Positions 32,217-42,041 are shown, counted from the stretch's first letter. The stretch: 64,000 bases of DNA from Thermoanaerobaculia bacterium (GCA_963719225.1 CAVRAY010000001.1:1632001-1696000); one strand, 5' to 3'. Notes: generated by a model not told the origin, from the letters alone. Program-made: numbers and translations.

Positions 32217-33280
32217 GAGGAGCGCCTTTGGACGGCATCCGCGGTCGAATGCACGACGTTCGTCAGGCGCACGTTCCTCTTCAGGTAGGGGCAGATGGGA
32301 ATCGCGCTGTCTTCAGGGTCGCATCTGGGATCCCGCTCGAATCGTCCTCCGAGGCGATTGGAATAGAGCCAGCAGCCGCCCTGGCAGCCTTCGAAGCGGC
32401 CGCACGCGTGACAGGTCTGCATGGGCGCGTCATATTGCTGCCAGTTGCGGGCGTCGTTCCAGATGCTTTCGAGCGTCGCGTCGCGCACGTTTCCCAGGAA
32501 CATGCCGGCATCGAGAAGAAACGTGCACGGGCTGACGTGCCCGTCACAGAGGAGCTGGCAGTACTTCTTCTGCCGTATCCGGCAGCCCAGCTGGTTCGCG
32601 GCCACGTCCTTCCACTCGAGAAAGACCTGTTCCACCACCACGTCGGTTCGGGCGGAGCCCTTCGCCTCGCAGAGAGCCGTCACATCCTCGATGAACCCGA
32701 GCCACTCCCGCTTTCCGATGGTCTCGTCGAGACGACCTGCGCCGGCGCCGAAAGGGGTGAAGTGGAAGAAGGAATGGACCTTCACGCCCAGCTCGAGCGT
32801 GCTGTCCAGCAGGCCCGCGATCGAACGGAGGTTGCGCTGCATCACGACGGTGTTCACCCGCACGGGAATGCCAAGCGCCTGGGCAGCCTGCACGGCGTTC
32901 CAGGCCTTTGCATGCGTCCCGTGGCCGCGGATGCTGTCGTTGACCTGCTCGGGGCCGTCGATGCTGATCATCAGTTCGTCGATCCCGAGCGCGGCCAGCC
33001 GCGCCAGCCCTTTCCGGTCCAGCAGCGTGCCGTTCGATTGAACGCGGACTCGCGCGCCCTGAACGATCGCTTCGGCCACGATCGTCAGGACATCCGGTCG
33101 GAGGAACGGCTCTCCTCCCGTGACGTGGATTTCCCGCGCTCCCAGCGCGATCGCTTCCGCGAGAACCTCGCAGATCCGGGCGGTCGGCAGCTCGGGCATC
33201 GCACGGCGGCCCGAGTCGAAGCAGCAGTGCATGCAACGAAGGTTGCAGCGGTTGGTGACGTGGAGATCGAGCTCTTCCAT
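32213..33280 (-). CDS. Radical SAM/SPASM protein
   Basis: CNLRCMHC, TGGEPF, SIDG; SPASM C...DGHVSPC...CHAC....CQGGC...DPRC; ATG coupled to the upstream stop (TGATG). Confidence 0.9.
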   Translation of the reverse strand: MEELDLHVTNRCNLRCMHCCFDSGRRAMPELPTARICEVLAEAIALGAREIHVTGGEPFLRPDVLTIVAEAIVQGARVRVQSNGTLLDRKGLARLAALGIDELMISIDGPEQVNDSIRGHGTHAKAWNAVQAAQALGIPVRVNTVVMQRNLRSIAGLLDSTLELGVKVHSFFHFTPFGAGAGRLDETIGKREWLGFIEDVTALCEAKGSARTDVVVEQVFLEWKDVAANQLGCRIRQKKYCQLLCDGHVSPCTFLLDAGMFLGNVRDATLESIWNDARNWQQYDAPMQTCHACGRFEGCQGGCWLYSNRLGGRFERDPRCDPEDSAIPICPYLKRNVRLTNVVHSTADAVQRRSS

Positions 33281-34503
33281 CAATGGGGCCGGCCGATCCA
33301 CGTGCACAGGTAGTCCCTGTGCACGAGGGACTTCTGCACGTCCAGCTCCTCGACCCGTGGAAACGGCGGCAGGCGCGAAGCCTCGCCCTCCGAGAATCGC
33401 ACCGGGCAATAGGGATCGCTGGCACACAGCGTGCGCTCGCCGGTCCGGTAAAGGTGGCTATAGAAGGCCCGGGCCGCACATCCGCCGCGGCAGGTCTCGA
33501 GCCATCGGCACTCCGCACAGCCGTCGATCCGTCCCGGGTTCGCATGGCGGCGCCGGAACGCGCGGAACTGCGGCGAAGCCAGAATGGTTCGTACGTCCTG
33601 CCTGAGCAGGTCGCCGGCCTTGTAGTCGTGAATGTAGATGCACGGCGAGATCGGCATCTCTCCGGCCGGCGTCACGCTGTGGATGCGGAAGCTGCTTCGA
33701 CCGCACGGACATCCGGCGCCCTTGTATCCCGCGACCGCCGCGAGCAAGGGGTCGCCCAGGTCGACCTGGCGGGTGCCGGCGAGGAGCCGTTGGAACCCCG
33801 CGTAGAACTGGGCCGGTGAAAGTTGCGCGGCCTGGTGCTCTGGTGCGACCGGCCGTAGGGTGTTGACCCGAATGTTGGCGGCGTACGCACGGGCGAGCTC
33901 CAGAAAGCCGTCGACGTGCCGCGGACCGAAGTTCCAGTTCATGGCACAGAGAATCACGCTTCGTTCGATCCCGTACTTCTGGCAGATGGAGAGAGCCTCC
34001 ACGGCCAGCGGAAACATGCGGGCGCCGCGGTTCGTGTCGTGCTCCTCCGGAAACGGGCTGTCGAACGAGATGTCCACGTCGTTGAGAAGCCGCAGGACGT
34101 CCGGGTGCTTGCGCTCGAGGTGCAGCACCGTGACCCCGCTGCTCGTCAGGCCGACCTTGATGCCTCGGTCGACCAGGGTCCTGACGATGTACGGGAGAAG
34201 CGACTTGCTGGCATCGGGGCCCGACGTGTAGAGCGGTTCGTTGCCGCCCAGGTTCACGGTTTCCACACCCAGATCGGCCAGCTGGCCCACGACCCTGTCG
34301 ACCATCGACTGTTCGAGGTCGATGCCGGGTCGCCGCGCGCTCGCCGAATAACAGTGCCGGCATTGGTTCGGACAGTAGTTCCCCAGCGACCAGCCCACGT
34401 TGCGCACGGCCATGGGGCCTTCCGGAAGGCCCGGGAAATCCTCTCCCGGTGCCGGCGCCTCGAAATGCCGCTGCGGATCGATCGAACTGGGCAGATGGCT
34501 CAT
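33280..34503 (-). CDS. Radical SAM/SPASM protein
   Basis: CPNQCRHC, GGNEP; SPASM CPCG...SPC...CAEC.....CRGGC...DPYCP. Confidence 0.9.
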   Translation of the reverse strand: MSHLPSSIDPQRHFEAPAPGEDFPGLPEGPMAVRNVGWSLGNYCPNQCRHCYSASARRPGIDLEQSMVDRVVGQLADLGVETVNLGGNEPLYTSGPDASKSLLPYIVRTLVDRGIKVGLTSSGVTVLHLERKHPDVLRLLNDVDISFDSPFPEEHDTNRGARMFPLAVEALSICQKYGIERSVILCAMNWNFGPRHVDGFLELARAYAANIRVNTLRPVAPEHQAAQLSPAQFYAGFQRLLAGTRQVDLGDPLLAAVAGYKGAGCPCGRSSFRIHSVTPAGEMPISPCIYIHDYKAGDLLRQDVRTILASPQFRAFRRRHANPGRIDGCAECRWLETCRGGCAARAFYSHLYRTGERTLCASDPYCPVRFSEGEASRLPPFPRVEELDVQKSLVHRDYLCTWIGRPH

Positions 34504-34650
34504 CGCCTGCCTTACCGCTTGCGGAAGAAGAATGGATTGCGCCCGAAGTGCGCCGGCCGGGATCTCCAGCGATCGACGTTACGCACCGGAAGGCGGCGCC
34601 GGAATGGATCAAATGAATCAACGCTCGCTTCGGGCGGAGGGCGCGAGAAA

Positions 34651-34727
34651 TGGTGGGCCCGACAGGAATCGAACCTGCGACACGCGGTTTAGGAAACCGC
34701 TGCTCTATCCAACTGAGCTACGGGCCC
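34651..34727 (-). tRNA. tRNA-Arg(CCT), integration target
   Basis: GGGCCCGTAGCTCAGTTGGATAGAGCAGCGGTTTCCTAAACCGCGTGTCGCAGGTTCGATTCCTGTCGGGCCCACCA; anticodon CCT. Confidence 0.96.
34689..34727 (-). repeat. att core (5' half of tRNA-Arg), left copy
   Basis: Identical to 48839-48877. Confidence 0.95.
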
Positions 34728-35960
34728 ACCTTTTGTTTCTAACGACTTAGCAAAAGCGGCCTCGGACGAAACGGGTTCATTCTCGCTCGCGACCCGTACC
34801 AAAGCCGTACCGGCTTTCCGCGAGTGTACCTTGCCCGCGAGCCGGAGAACGCGGTCCGTCCGCGCCGAGATCCGCTTCGCCTCCTGCCACCTCTCGGAGT
34901 CGCCCCGGCCGCTCTCGTCGTAGTGCCGCTCCGTGACGGCCGTTCCTCGGTGCCCGAGGTTCGCCGAGACGGCCGAGAGCGTCTCGCCGCTTGTGCGGAG
35001 GAGAGTCGCGTTCTCGGCGCGAGCCCATCCCACCGTCGTCTTCTTCGGGACGCCCGCGCGCTCGCACGCGGCCTCAAGTGTGCGCCGGAGCGACGAGAGC
35101 GAGAGCGGGTGCCGGGCCTTCTCGCGGCGGCCGTCGGGGTGAGCCTGCCTGTAGCTCTCGACGGCGAGGAGCGGCGCGTCGGGCGCGAGCGGCGGCAGCG
35201 TGCTGATGTAGAGCTTGAGCGACCGCGCGAGGCCGGGGGAGACCGGCTTCTCGACGATCTCGCGGCGCCGGCTCTTCCGCCCCTTGTTGCGGCGGACGAG
35301 GAGGACTCGGTGCCGGAGGTCTACGTCTCCGACCTGTAGGCGCCGGACCTCGGCCTCGCGGATGCCGGTGTAGAGGCCGATCTCAAGAGCCGTCCGCGCG
35401 ACGGTGCCGAGCGGAAGCTCGCGGAGGAGGCGCCCAAGCTCGTCGGCCTTGAGCGTCTTCGGCTCGCGCGCCGGCAACTCAAGCGGCGGCATCGGCGGCA
35501 CCGGCAGCTGCGCGATCTTGAGCGCGGTCCGAAGGATGACGAGCCCGTTATGTATCGCGCGGCCGGCCGACGAGGTCGCGCGCTTGCCCCAAGCGATGAA
35601 GTCGACGAGGTCCTCGCGCCGGAGGTCCGCGTCGGCGGCCTCGCCGCGCCACCGGACGAAGAGCCCGCGCGCCTGGGCGATGCTCCGAAGGTGCGCGGCC
35701 GACTTCCCGAGGACCGAGCACTCGCGCGCGTAGGCGTCGAGAACGCCGCGGATCGTCGGCGGGGGAGTCGGGTCCGGCACGCTGATGCCGAAGCTCCGAA
35801 GGGCGGCGCGGCTCTGGAGGGTGTCGCGGAGCAGCTCGGCCTCCTCGCGCGTTCGGAACGTCTTCTTCACCTCTCGGCCGTTCACCTGAATGCGCAGCTT
35901 CCATTTCCCGCGCTTCGACCTCGCGATGCCGTCGACGGTTCCGGTTCGGGTCGTCCTCAT
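34689..35960 (-). CDS. Tyrosine recombinase/integrase
   Basis: CAGGAGG RBS; arm-binding-like N-terminus, TGIREAEV (R), NKG (K), GWAR (HxxR variant), LGH, TERHY (Y); stop lies inside the att/tRNA. Confidence 0.88.
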   Translation of the reverse strand: MRTTRTGTVDGIARSKRGKWKLRIQVNGREVKKTFRTREEAELLRDTLQSRAALRSFGISVPDPTPPPTIRGVLDAYARECSVLGKSAAHLRSIAQARGLFVRWRGEAADADLRREDLVDFIAWGKRATSSAGRAIHNGLVILRTALKIAQLPVPPMPPLELPAREPKTLKADELGRLLRELPLGTVARTALEIGLYTGIREAEVRRLQVGDVDLRHRVLLVRRNKGRKSRRREIVEKPVSPGLARSLKLYISTLPPLAPDAPLLAVESYRQAHPDGRREKARHPLSLSSLRRTLEAACERAGVPKKTTVGWARAENATLLRTSGETLSAVSANLGHRGTAVTERHYDESGRGDSERWQEAKRISARTDRVLRLAGKVHSRKAGTALVRVASENEPVSSEAAFAKSLETKGGPVAQLDRAAVS

Positions 35961-36189
35961 GAGTTCCTCCTGTCTTCGGGAAGGGGCGGGCGGGGAGTTG
36001 CGGCGCGAGGCTTCCGCACGCCGAGCCTGTCGCACGCGGCCGTCCACGCGCTCTCCTCCGTCTCGTGATCCGGCGCGCCCGAGCGGCGCGCTTCGTCGCG
36101 TCGATAGCCTCGGTGCGAGTCTGCGTCGTCATCGTGACCTTCTCGTTCTTGGTTCCTTCGTCGTGCGTGCGGGCGCGCTTCACGGCCCG

Positions 36190-37479
36190 TCAGACCCCAT
36201 CGAAGCGCTCGGCGCGAAGACTTTCTAGTGCCCCTGAAATGCCGGGCATGAGAGAGCTTGCGGTGATGCCCATGCTCCTGAGTTCCCTCAAGGCATTCCT
36301 TGCATCCTCCGCCGGAAGGTCAAACCACTCCAAGGCGTTCGGCACAAAGCCGGCGCTCGCATCTCCGTACGTACTGAGGAAGTGTATTGATTGCTGCGGC
36401 ACAGCCCGAGGATTGAAGGTTGCAGACGCCCTTACGAAGAGAGGATGACGTTCAGGGCCCGCAATTCTCCAAGGCGACGTTAAGTCGTCCCCAACCAGCC
36501 CGGATCCGATCTTCGTCCTATCGAGCTTGTAAATCCGGACGCGGTGCTCCGTGCGCCCCGCTAGACCGCACTCGCATCTCGGCCGGAGCGCGTTCGCGAA
36601 CGCGAAGTACGCAGCGATCATCGGCGAGAGTGACCAGTCAAGAAGAGGCGTCGGATAACCGTGATGCTGGGCGAGCGCGACGAGAAGAGCGTAGGTCTTT
36701 GGATCGCTTGCATCGAGGAGTTGCCCCATCGACGTCGACACAATCTCGGCGACGGCGGCCAGGTCCTCTTTTTCGAATCTGGCAAGGTCATACCGGCCCG
36801 ATCGGAAGAACGCCGTCGTCAGAGGGCGCATATTGCAGCCCTCTCCGCGGTAGAGAAACCGCGTGCGTGGCGCCTGTTCACCTCGAGCAAGCTCGAGTGT
36901 TTGGTCCCGAAACTCGTCCCAAGAACGATCACTATTCGCTCGCGACAAGACCCTCGCTACGACCTTTTCGAGATGGAAGTCCCCGCTCTTATCGGGTGAG
37001 TCGCCGCCGCTCCCTTTCTCATAGGAGACGGACCACTGTCCTACTAACGAATCACCTTCAACGGGCATCCACTCCGGCCTGAGGGGCTTAGCCGGATCAC
37101 TCGAAACCGGGACAATCTTCGCCGATGCCGTACACCTGTTTGGCAACGTCACGTTCGAGAAGGCTGACCGGGGCCGCACCGTCCACCCGCGCCGATCGTA
37201 GAAAACTGCCTCCGAGTCGCTGGTAACGAATTTGAAGCCCCCCCCAGGTGTTGGCCATGCATGGACAGGTAGCAGAACGAAAGGCGTATCACCGTGGGGG
37301 TCAGGGGAATCGATGTACGCGTGCCCGTTGATGTACGCGTGCCCGTCAGGGAGGGTTTGCAGGGATTGCTGGTCAAACGTGAGAACCAGTTGACGGAATC
37401 GGTCGACGAGCCCACCCCACCGGCCGACTAGAGCCGAAATTTCGGTTACAGCGCTCACTCCTTCGCCTCCGGCGCTCAC
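36190..37479 (-). CDS. FRG-domain protein
   Basis: FLYRGE, AQHHGYPTPLLDWSLSPMIAAYFA, NPRAVPQQS, LRSMGITASSLMPG; visibly more AT-rich than flanks. Confidence 0.88.
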   Translation of the reverse strand: MSAGGEGVSAVTEISALVGRWGGLVDRFRQLVLTFDQQSLQTLPDGHAYINGHAYIDSPDPHGDTPFVLLPVHAWPTPGGGFKFVTSDSEAVFYDRRGWTVRPRSAFSNVTLPNRCTASAKIVPVSSDPAKPLRPEWMPVEGDSLVGQWSVSYEKGSGGDSPDKSGDFHLEKVVARVLSRANSDRSWDEFRDQTLELARGEQAPRTRFLYRGEGCNMRPLTTAFFRSGRYDLARFEKEDLAAVAEIVSTSMGQLLDASDPKTYALLVALAQHHGYPTPLLDWSLSPMIAAYFAFANALRPRCECGLAGRTEHRVRIYKLDRTKIGSGLVGDDLTSPWRIAGPERHPLFVRASATFNPRAVPQQSIHFLSTYGDASAGFVPNALEWFDLPAEDARNALRELRSMGITASSLMPGISGALESLRAERFDGV

Positions 37480-37706
37480 GTTCGCGCCTTCTTCTTCGTG
37501 CTCACGACGCTCGGCGTTGGCCCGACCGCGATCCGATCCGCTACCGCGCGCCGCACCATCTCTGCGACCGACGACAGGCCCTCGCGCTTCGCGGCCCTAC
37601 GCCACGCCGCGAGCGTCCCTTTCGGGAGCTTCACGACGAACGCTTCGATGTGCGTTCGGCCACGCGGCCGACCCGGCTTTCGCTTCTTCGCCTGTTTCGT
37701 GGCCAT
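37476..37706 (-). CDS. Small ribbon-helix-helix-like DNA-binding protein with AT-hook-like motif
   Basis: KPGRPRG, FVVKLP...WRRAAKREGLSSVAEMVRRAV; stop overlaps the FRG start. Confidence 0.7.
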   Translation of the reverse strand: MATKQAKKRKPGRPRGRTHIEAFVVKLPKGTLAAWRRAAKREGLSSVAEMVRRAVADRIAVGPTPSVVSTKKKART

Positions 37707-37829
37707 AGTTTTAGTCTATCTCAAAACTCGGAAGCGCGCCACGCGACGCCCGGCGGTCGGTCGGGATGCCGAGGTCGGAGAGGTCGCGCGGCTGGCGCTC
37801 GAAGCGCCCTGCTTTATCCTTGCGTTAAC

Positions 37830-38328
37830 GTGGCTGAACAGCTCGCGACCATCTGCCCTAAGTGCGGCTTTCAACACCCGGCCCCGGCGCAGGCATGCGC
37901 GAAGTGCGGGGTTATCTTTGCGCGCTTCTCTCCTGAAAAGGTCCGCGTCCCGGCCGCCCAAGTTGTGGTCTCGACAACGACACTCGGAGAGCCGTTCGAC
38001 ACGCTCCGACCCGTCTACGCCGTCACGACGAATATGCAGGGCGTCTTGGACGCTGCCGCTCGGAAGCTCGGGGTCGACGTCAAGGCGGTGACGGATTCCG
38101 AGGTGTTCTCGGCGTTCCTGCTCGGCGACTCGGTCGCAAACTACAAGGCGTTCCCGATCGCTTTCGCGGTCGTGCGTCGAAGAACTGAAGCGCCAGACGG
38201 CCCGGCTTGGCGGAGACGCAGTCGTTGGGTTGCGGATGAACTTCGACCTCGATCGGTCGGGAGGCGGTCTTCAGGGCTTCACGATGCAGCTCTTCGGGAC
38301 CGCAGTGCGGCGCCGTCAGTCGTCCTGA
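37830..38328 (+). CDS. Zinc-ribbon plus YbjQ/UPF0145-like protein (frameshift near 38172)
   Basis: CPKCG...CAKCG; shifted frame gives EELKRQTARLGGDAVVGLRMNFD...QLFGTAVR. Confidence 0.65.
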
Positions 38329-38359
38329 GGCTCGGCCGTCGCGCTACCATCGCCACCTC

Positions 38360-38572
38360 GTGAGCACCGGCACCGTCAACATGTCCTTCGCCCCGATCGG
38401 AGCGAACCTGCCGGACTTCGACAATTACTACTGCCGCGACTGCCGGCGCATCGTTCACGTAAGGAAGGGATCGCCCGGCTTTCGCGCGTGCCCGACTCCG
38501 GGCTGCACGGGCCCGACGGGCTTCGGGATGTACTGGAAGACGCCGAGGCCGCGAGCCGGCGTGAAGCGCTGA
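38360..38572 (+). CDS. Small Cys-rich putative zinc-binding protein
   Basis: YYCRDC...CPTPGC. Confidence 0.5.
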   Translation: MSTGTVNMSFAPIGANLPDFDNYYCRDCRRIVHVRKGSPGFRACPTPGCTGPTGFGMYWKTPRPRAGVKR

Positions 38573-38812
38573 GACGCGCGGGAGAACGGCCTCGCCCGTC
38601 ACGGACGCGGGCGAGCTGCTGCGCGCGGGCGGCGCGATCCTTCGGGATGCCGAGGTCGGAGAGGGTCGGAGCAGACGGGACGCCGCGCCTCGTCTGCTGA
38701 GACTTCGGCTCGCCTCTCGCAGCCCGAGGCGCCGCGTAGAATTGCGTTGAATCGCTATCAGGATCGTCAGGACGGAGACCGCCACGCCCCCTGACCATAT
38801 GGAGACTCGAAC

Positions 38813-39343
38813 ATGAGGAAGACTTTCTTGACCGCCGTAGCCATGCGCTTTCTGACATTAGCGGTGGCGCTATCGTCCGGTGTAGTTCTCGCACAGAAGC
38901 CCGCCGACGTTCACGGCTGGGGAAAAGTGAAGTGGGGGATGACCCTCGCGCAGATCCAGAAGCTCTATCCAGAGGCGGAGCCGTTCACGAAGACGTGGGA
39001 AGACGGAAGAAAGTCGTCTGGACTGAGAATCCCCAAATTCGACCTGATCCACTTCCCGTTCGAGGTCACGTTCTGGAAGAAGGACGCCGACAAGAGGCTC
39101 GATTCAATCAGCCTCAGTACCGAGGCGGGCATGGTCGTGTTTAGGGAACTTGAAAAGCAGCTGACGCTCAAGTACGGCTCTCCTACGTTGAAGGATGATT
39201 CGAAGCCTCGGAAACGCTCCCGCACGTGGATGTTTCCGTCAACTGAGATTGAACTCTTGTTTTTGGAGTGGTTGCCTCCAGCTCCATCGGAAGTGAACCT
39301 CGGCTACTCGCCCGTCGATAAGGGTTCGCGCGACAAGTTGTAG
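38813..39343 (+). CDS. Hypothetical secreted protein (cargo)
   Basis: Signal peptide, GWGKVKWGMT, LTLKYGSP; AT-richer than the backbone. Confidence 0.7.
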   Translation: MRKTFLTAVAMRFLTLAVALSSGVVLAQKPADVHGWGKVKWGMTLAQIQKLYPEAEPFTKTWEDGRKSSGLRIPKFDLIHFPFEVTFWKKDADKRLDSISLSTEAGMVVFRELEKQLTLKYGSPTLKDDSKPRKRSRTWMFPSTEIELLFLEWLPPAPSEVNLGYSPVDKGSRDKL

Positions 39344-39656
39344 TCGATTCTCTTGAAGGGGGTCGAGAAGTGGCCCGCCGGGCGGCGCCATCGCCCAGCC
39401 GACGAGAGCCGCCCCAACGGGCCGCACGTTCCGTCAGGGCAGACCCTTCGATGCACGATGACGAGGAAGGTTCGTGTTTTCACCGGTAGCTCCTTTCAAG
39501 GGGAAACCCGTTCCAACGGTGAAACGGGTTTTGCGCGCGAAGGTAGGGGCGGGCGCTCGCAACGCCCGCGCAGTAGCGGGGTCCGCCGAACCCTCGGCCA
39601 CGAGGACCGCGACCGGCGACGCGCAACGGCGCACCGCGACGGCGGAGGTGGGAGAT

Positions 39657-39908
39657 TCACCACGGGAACTTCGTGCCGCCGAGGACGGGGCGCGGCTCGA
39701 AGCCGTCGTCGGGCGCGAGCTTTGTGAGCGACTCGGCGTCCTTCTCGGCTCTCGCGGCTTCGCGGAAGTCGCACTGTCCAAAATCGTTCGCGCTGTAGAT
39801 GAGTGTCGATTCTTGGCCGAGTCGCTCGTCGGATGCGGCGACGGCGGCCTTGAGGTCGCTCTCGCTCGGTCGGTCGATCGGGCCGAAGGTGAGACCGAAG
39901 AGTTTCAT
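39657..39908 (-). CDS. Hypothetical protein, 83 aa
   Basis: AAAGGAG RBS; co-oriented with the element backbone. Confidence 0.6.
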   Translation of the reverse strand: MKLFGLTFGPIDRPSESDLKAAVAASDERLGQESTLIYSANDFGQCDFREAARAEKDAESLTKLAPDDGFEPRPVLGGTKFPW

Positions 39909-39959
39909 GATGACGTGCTCCTTTCGTTGGTCGTTGGTCGATGGTTGGGAAGGGACGGG

Positions 39960-40448
39960 CTATTTGAAAACTTCGGGATGGCTGCCGAACGCGCTGCCGA
40001 GCGGGTTCAGCACCAATTCGTAGTCGACGAGCCGCGTCAACCGGCGAGCGGCGGTGACGGCCTCGGGCGCGAAGACGACGGAGACCGAAGGCACCGGGCG
40101 AGCGCCGAGCGTTTTCAACTCGGCCTGAAGAGCCCACGCCTCGCGGATGGCGGCGTCGCGCTTGTCGAGGGCACAAGCCGCGCCAACGAGCGCCGCACCG
40201 AGCGCCGCGACGACGCGCGCGACGTCATCCGAGATGGCCGCGTGCTCTCTTGTCGCGGCGTCGATCCTCGCCTGCTTCTCGTGCTCGGCCTTCTCGCGCG
40301 CCTCCTCCTCCCCGCGTGCCTTCCGCTCCTCGTCGAGGCGCACCTCCTCTGCCTCCGCCTCCCGGAGGCGCCTCGACGAGGCCGCGAGCGTCCGCACCTC
40401 TTCTTCGGTCATCGTCTCGGCCGGTTTCGCAAAGGGGTTCATGCTCAT
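39960..40448 (-). CDS. Hypothetical coiled-coil protein
   Basis: CAGGAGG RBS; E/A/R-rich helix; start overlaps the upstream stop. Confidence 0.65.
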   Translation of the reverse strand: MSMNPFAKPAETMTEEEVRTLAASSRRLREAEAEEVRLDEERKARGEEEAREKAEHEKQARIDAATREHAAISDDVARVVAALGAALVGAACALDKRDAAIREAWALQAELKTLGARPVPSVSVVFAPEAVTAARRLTRLVDYELVLNPLGSAFGSHPEVFK

Positions 40449-40977
40449 GCGTACCTCCTGTCGGTTTCGATGATTGCGGCGATCTCGTCGCCGTCGAGAT
40501 GCTTCCGATCCGCGAGCGCCTCGGCGATGAGCCGCCACGCGCGACGGTGTTCGGCGATGACCGTCCACGCCCCGACTGCGGCGTCGCAGACGATCTCGTG
40601 GACGCGCGGCGCGAGGCGTTCGAGAAGGGCCGCGAGCGCCGGGCCGTCCTCGGGCACGAGGCCGCCCGTCCGCGCGTGCTCTTCGAGTGCGATGTTCTGC
40701 GCGTGGCGGTACGCGATCCCGAGGTCGCGGCGCGAGCATTCGAGATCTGCGGCGAGCCCGAGCCTCATCCGATCGGACATGAGCCCGGCGACCGCGACGA
40801 GGACCATGACCCTCGGGGTCCCCGGCTGCGTCAAACCCCGCCGGCCGCGAACGGTCGCGAAGTCGGCGCCGTCGCCCTTCTCGGCGACGACGACGTAGCG
40901 GCCTCGTGAAAATCGACCTCGCCGGGCGCAGAGCGAGGGCACGCGACGAAGCGCGGCACGACGAGCGCGCTCACCAT
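40445..40977 (-). CDS. Peptidase M41-like small protein (frameshift near 40898)
   Basis: FHEAA(H)VVVA restored by one base; C-terminal LIAEALADRKHLDGDEIAAII resembles the FtsH protease tail. Confidence 0.5.
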
Positions 40978-41723
40978 TTCTCCCTGTCGGCGACGGTGAG
41001 CAGCGCCTCGGGCAACACGCCGGACCTCGCCGGCCTGAAGGTGCACGTGTCGCCAGCGCGGAAACTCGACCTTCAGCCCCAAGAACGCGACCGTGCATCC
41101 GTTGTGTCCGTCCTCCCATTCGCTAAAGAGCACGCGCAGGCGGGAGAACTTCCGCTCGATTTCGAGGACGACTTCCTCGGCATCCGGCGCGCGCGGAACG
41201 AAAGGCCCCTCGCTCACGCGACCTCCTCGGCCACCGGCGCCAGGTTTTTCTTTGCACGACTCGCCCTCGGCTTTCGCTCGCGGCGCATCGCTTCGGAGGC
41301 GGCGTCGCGCTCTTTTCGATCTTCTCGGCGAAGGCGCGCCCGCGACGGAGCGCCTCGGAGACGGCAGCCTCACGGCCAAGCAACGTCTCCATCGCCGTCT
41401 CGGCGAAGCGGTCGCCGCGCGCCTCGCCGGAGAAGACGACCTCGCCGCACTCCTCCGTGACACCGACGCCGCGACGCCCGAGGGCCGCGATGAGGACGGC
41501 GACCTCGTCAACCTCGGTTGCGCTCGCGCGGCAGCCTGCCGCACGCCTCGGCCCCCCCGTTCGGGAGGGCGGCCCGGTCCGGCGCCTGCTCTTCGGCCAC
41601 GCAGGCTCCGGCAGATGCCGCGAGGGGATGCGCGAGGCTCCACGGCTGACTGATGCAAATGAACCGTTCACGTCGGCCGGGCACTCGCCGCATCCTGCGT
41701 GTGTAAACACTGGAGGCATGACG

Positions 41724-42041
41724 ATGCGTAGGAAGTTGCTGAACCTCGGCGTTCTTGTGATCGCCCTCGGGGTAGGCGCAGGGTGCAGCAGCACGGCCAT
41801 CCCCGGTGCCGAAAACGTGCGCATCACCGAGGACCCGAAGGACGTCGCCGCGTGCAAGCTGATCGAGGCGCGGCCGTCCGCCTACGTGTTCAACACGAAG
41901 GCCGTCAGGGTCACGCTGCAGGACTTCGCCATGCAGCACGGCGGCGATACCGTCCTGCTTCGCGTCCCGAACGCGGGCGTTATTTACAACTGCAAGGGTG
42001 TAGACACGCGCCAGCCGGTCCCCGTCGCGCCGCCGAAGTAG
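41724..42041 (+). CDS. Small lipoprotein (DUF4156-like), cargo
   Basis: GGAGG RBS; lipobox GAG-C; VAACKLI...GGDTVLL...IYNC. Confidence 0.7.
   Translation: MRRKLLNLGVLVIALGVGAGCSSTAIPGAENVRITEDPKDVAACKLIEARPSAYVFNTKAVRVTLQDFAMQHGGDTVLLRVPNAGVIYNCKGVDTRQPVPVAPPK

Noticed and set aside
27144-34503. Calling the cluster PQQ, mycofactocin, heme d1 or a sactipeptide pathway
   Set aside because: No PqqD/RRE or pathway partner genes; the small ORF lacks Cys, the PqqA ExxxY motif and the MftA IDGxCGVY motif
35957-36183. Small gene (possible excisionase) upstream of the integrase
   Set aside because: Frame ambiguous and no recognisable motif
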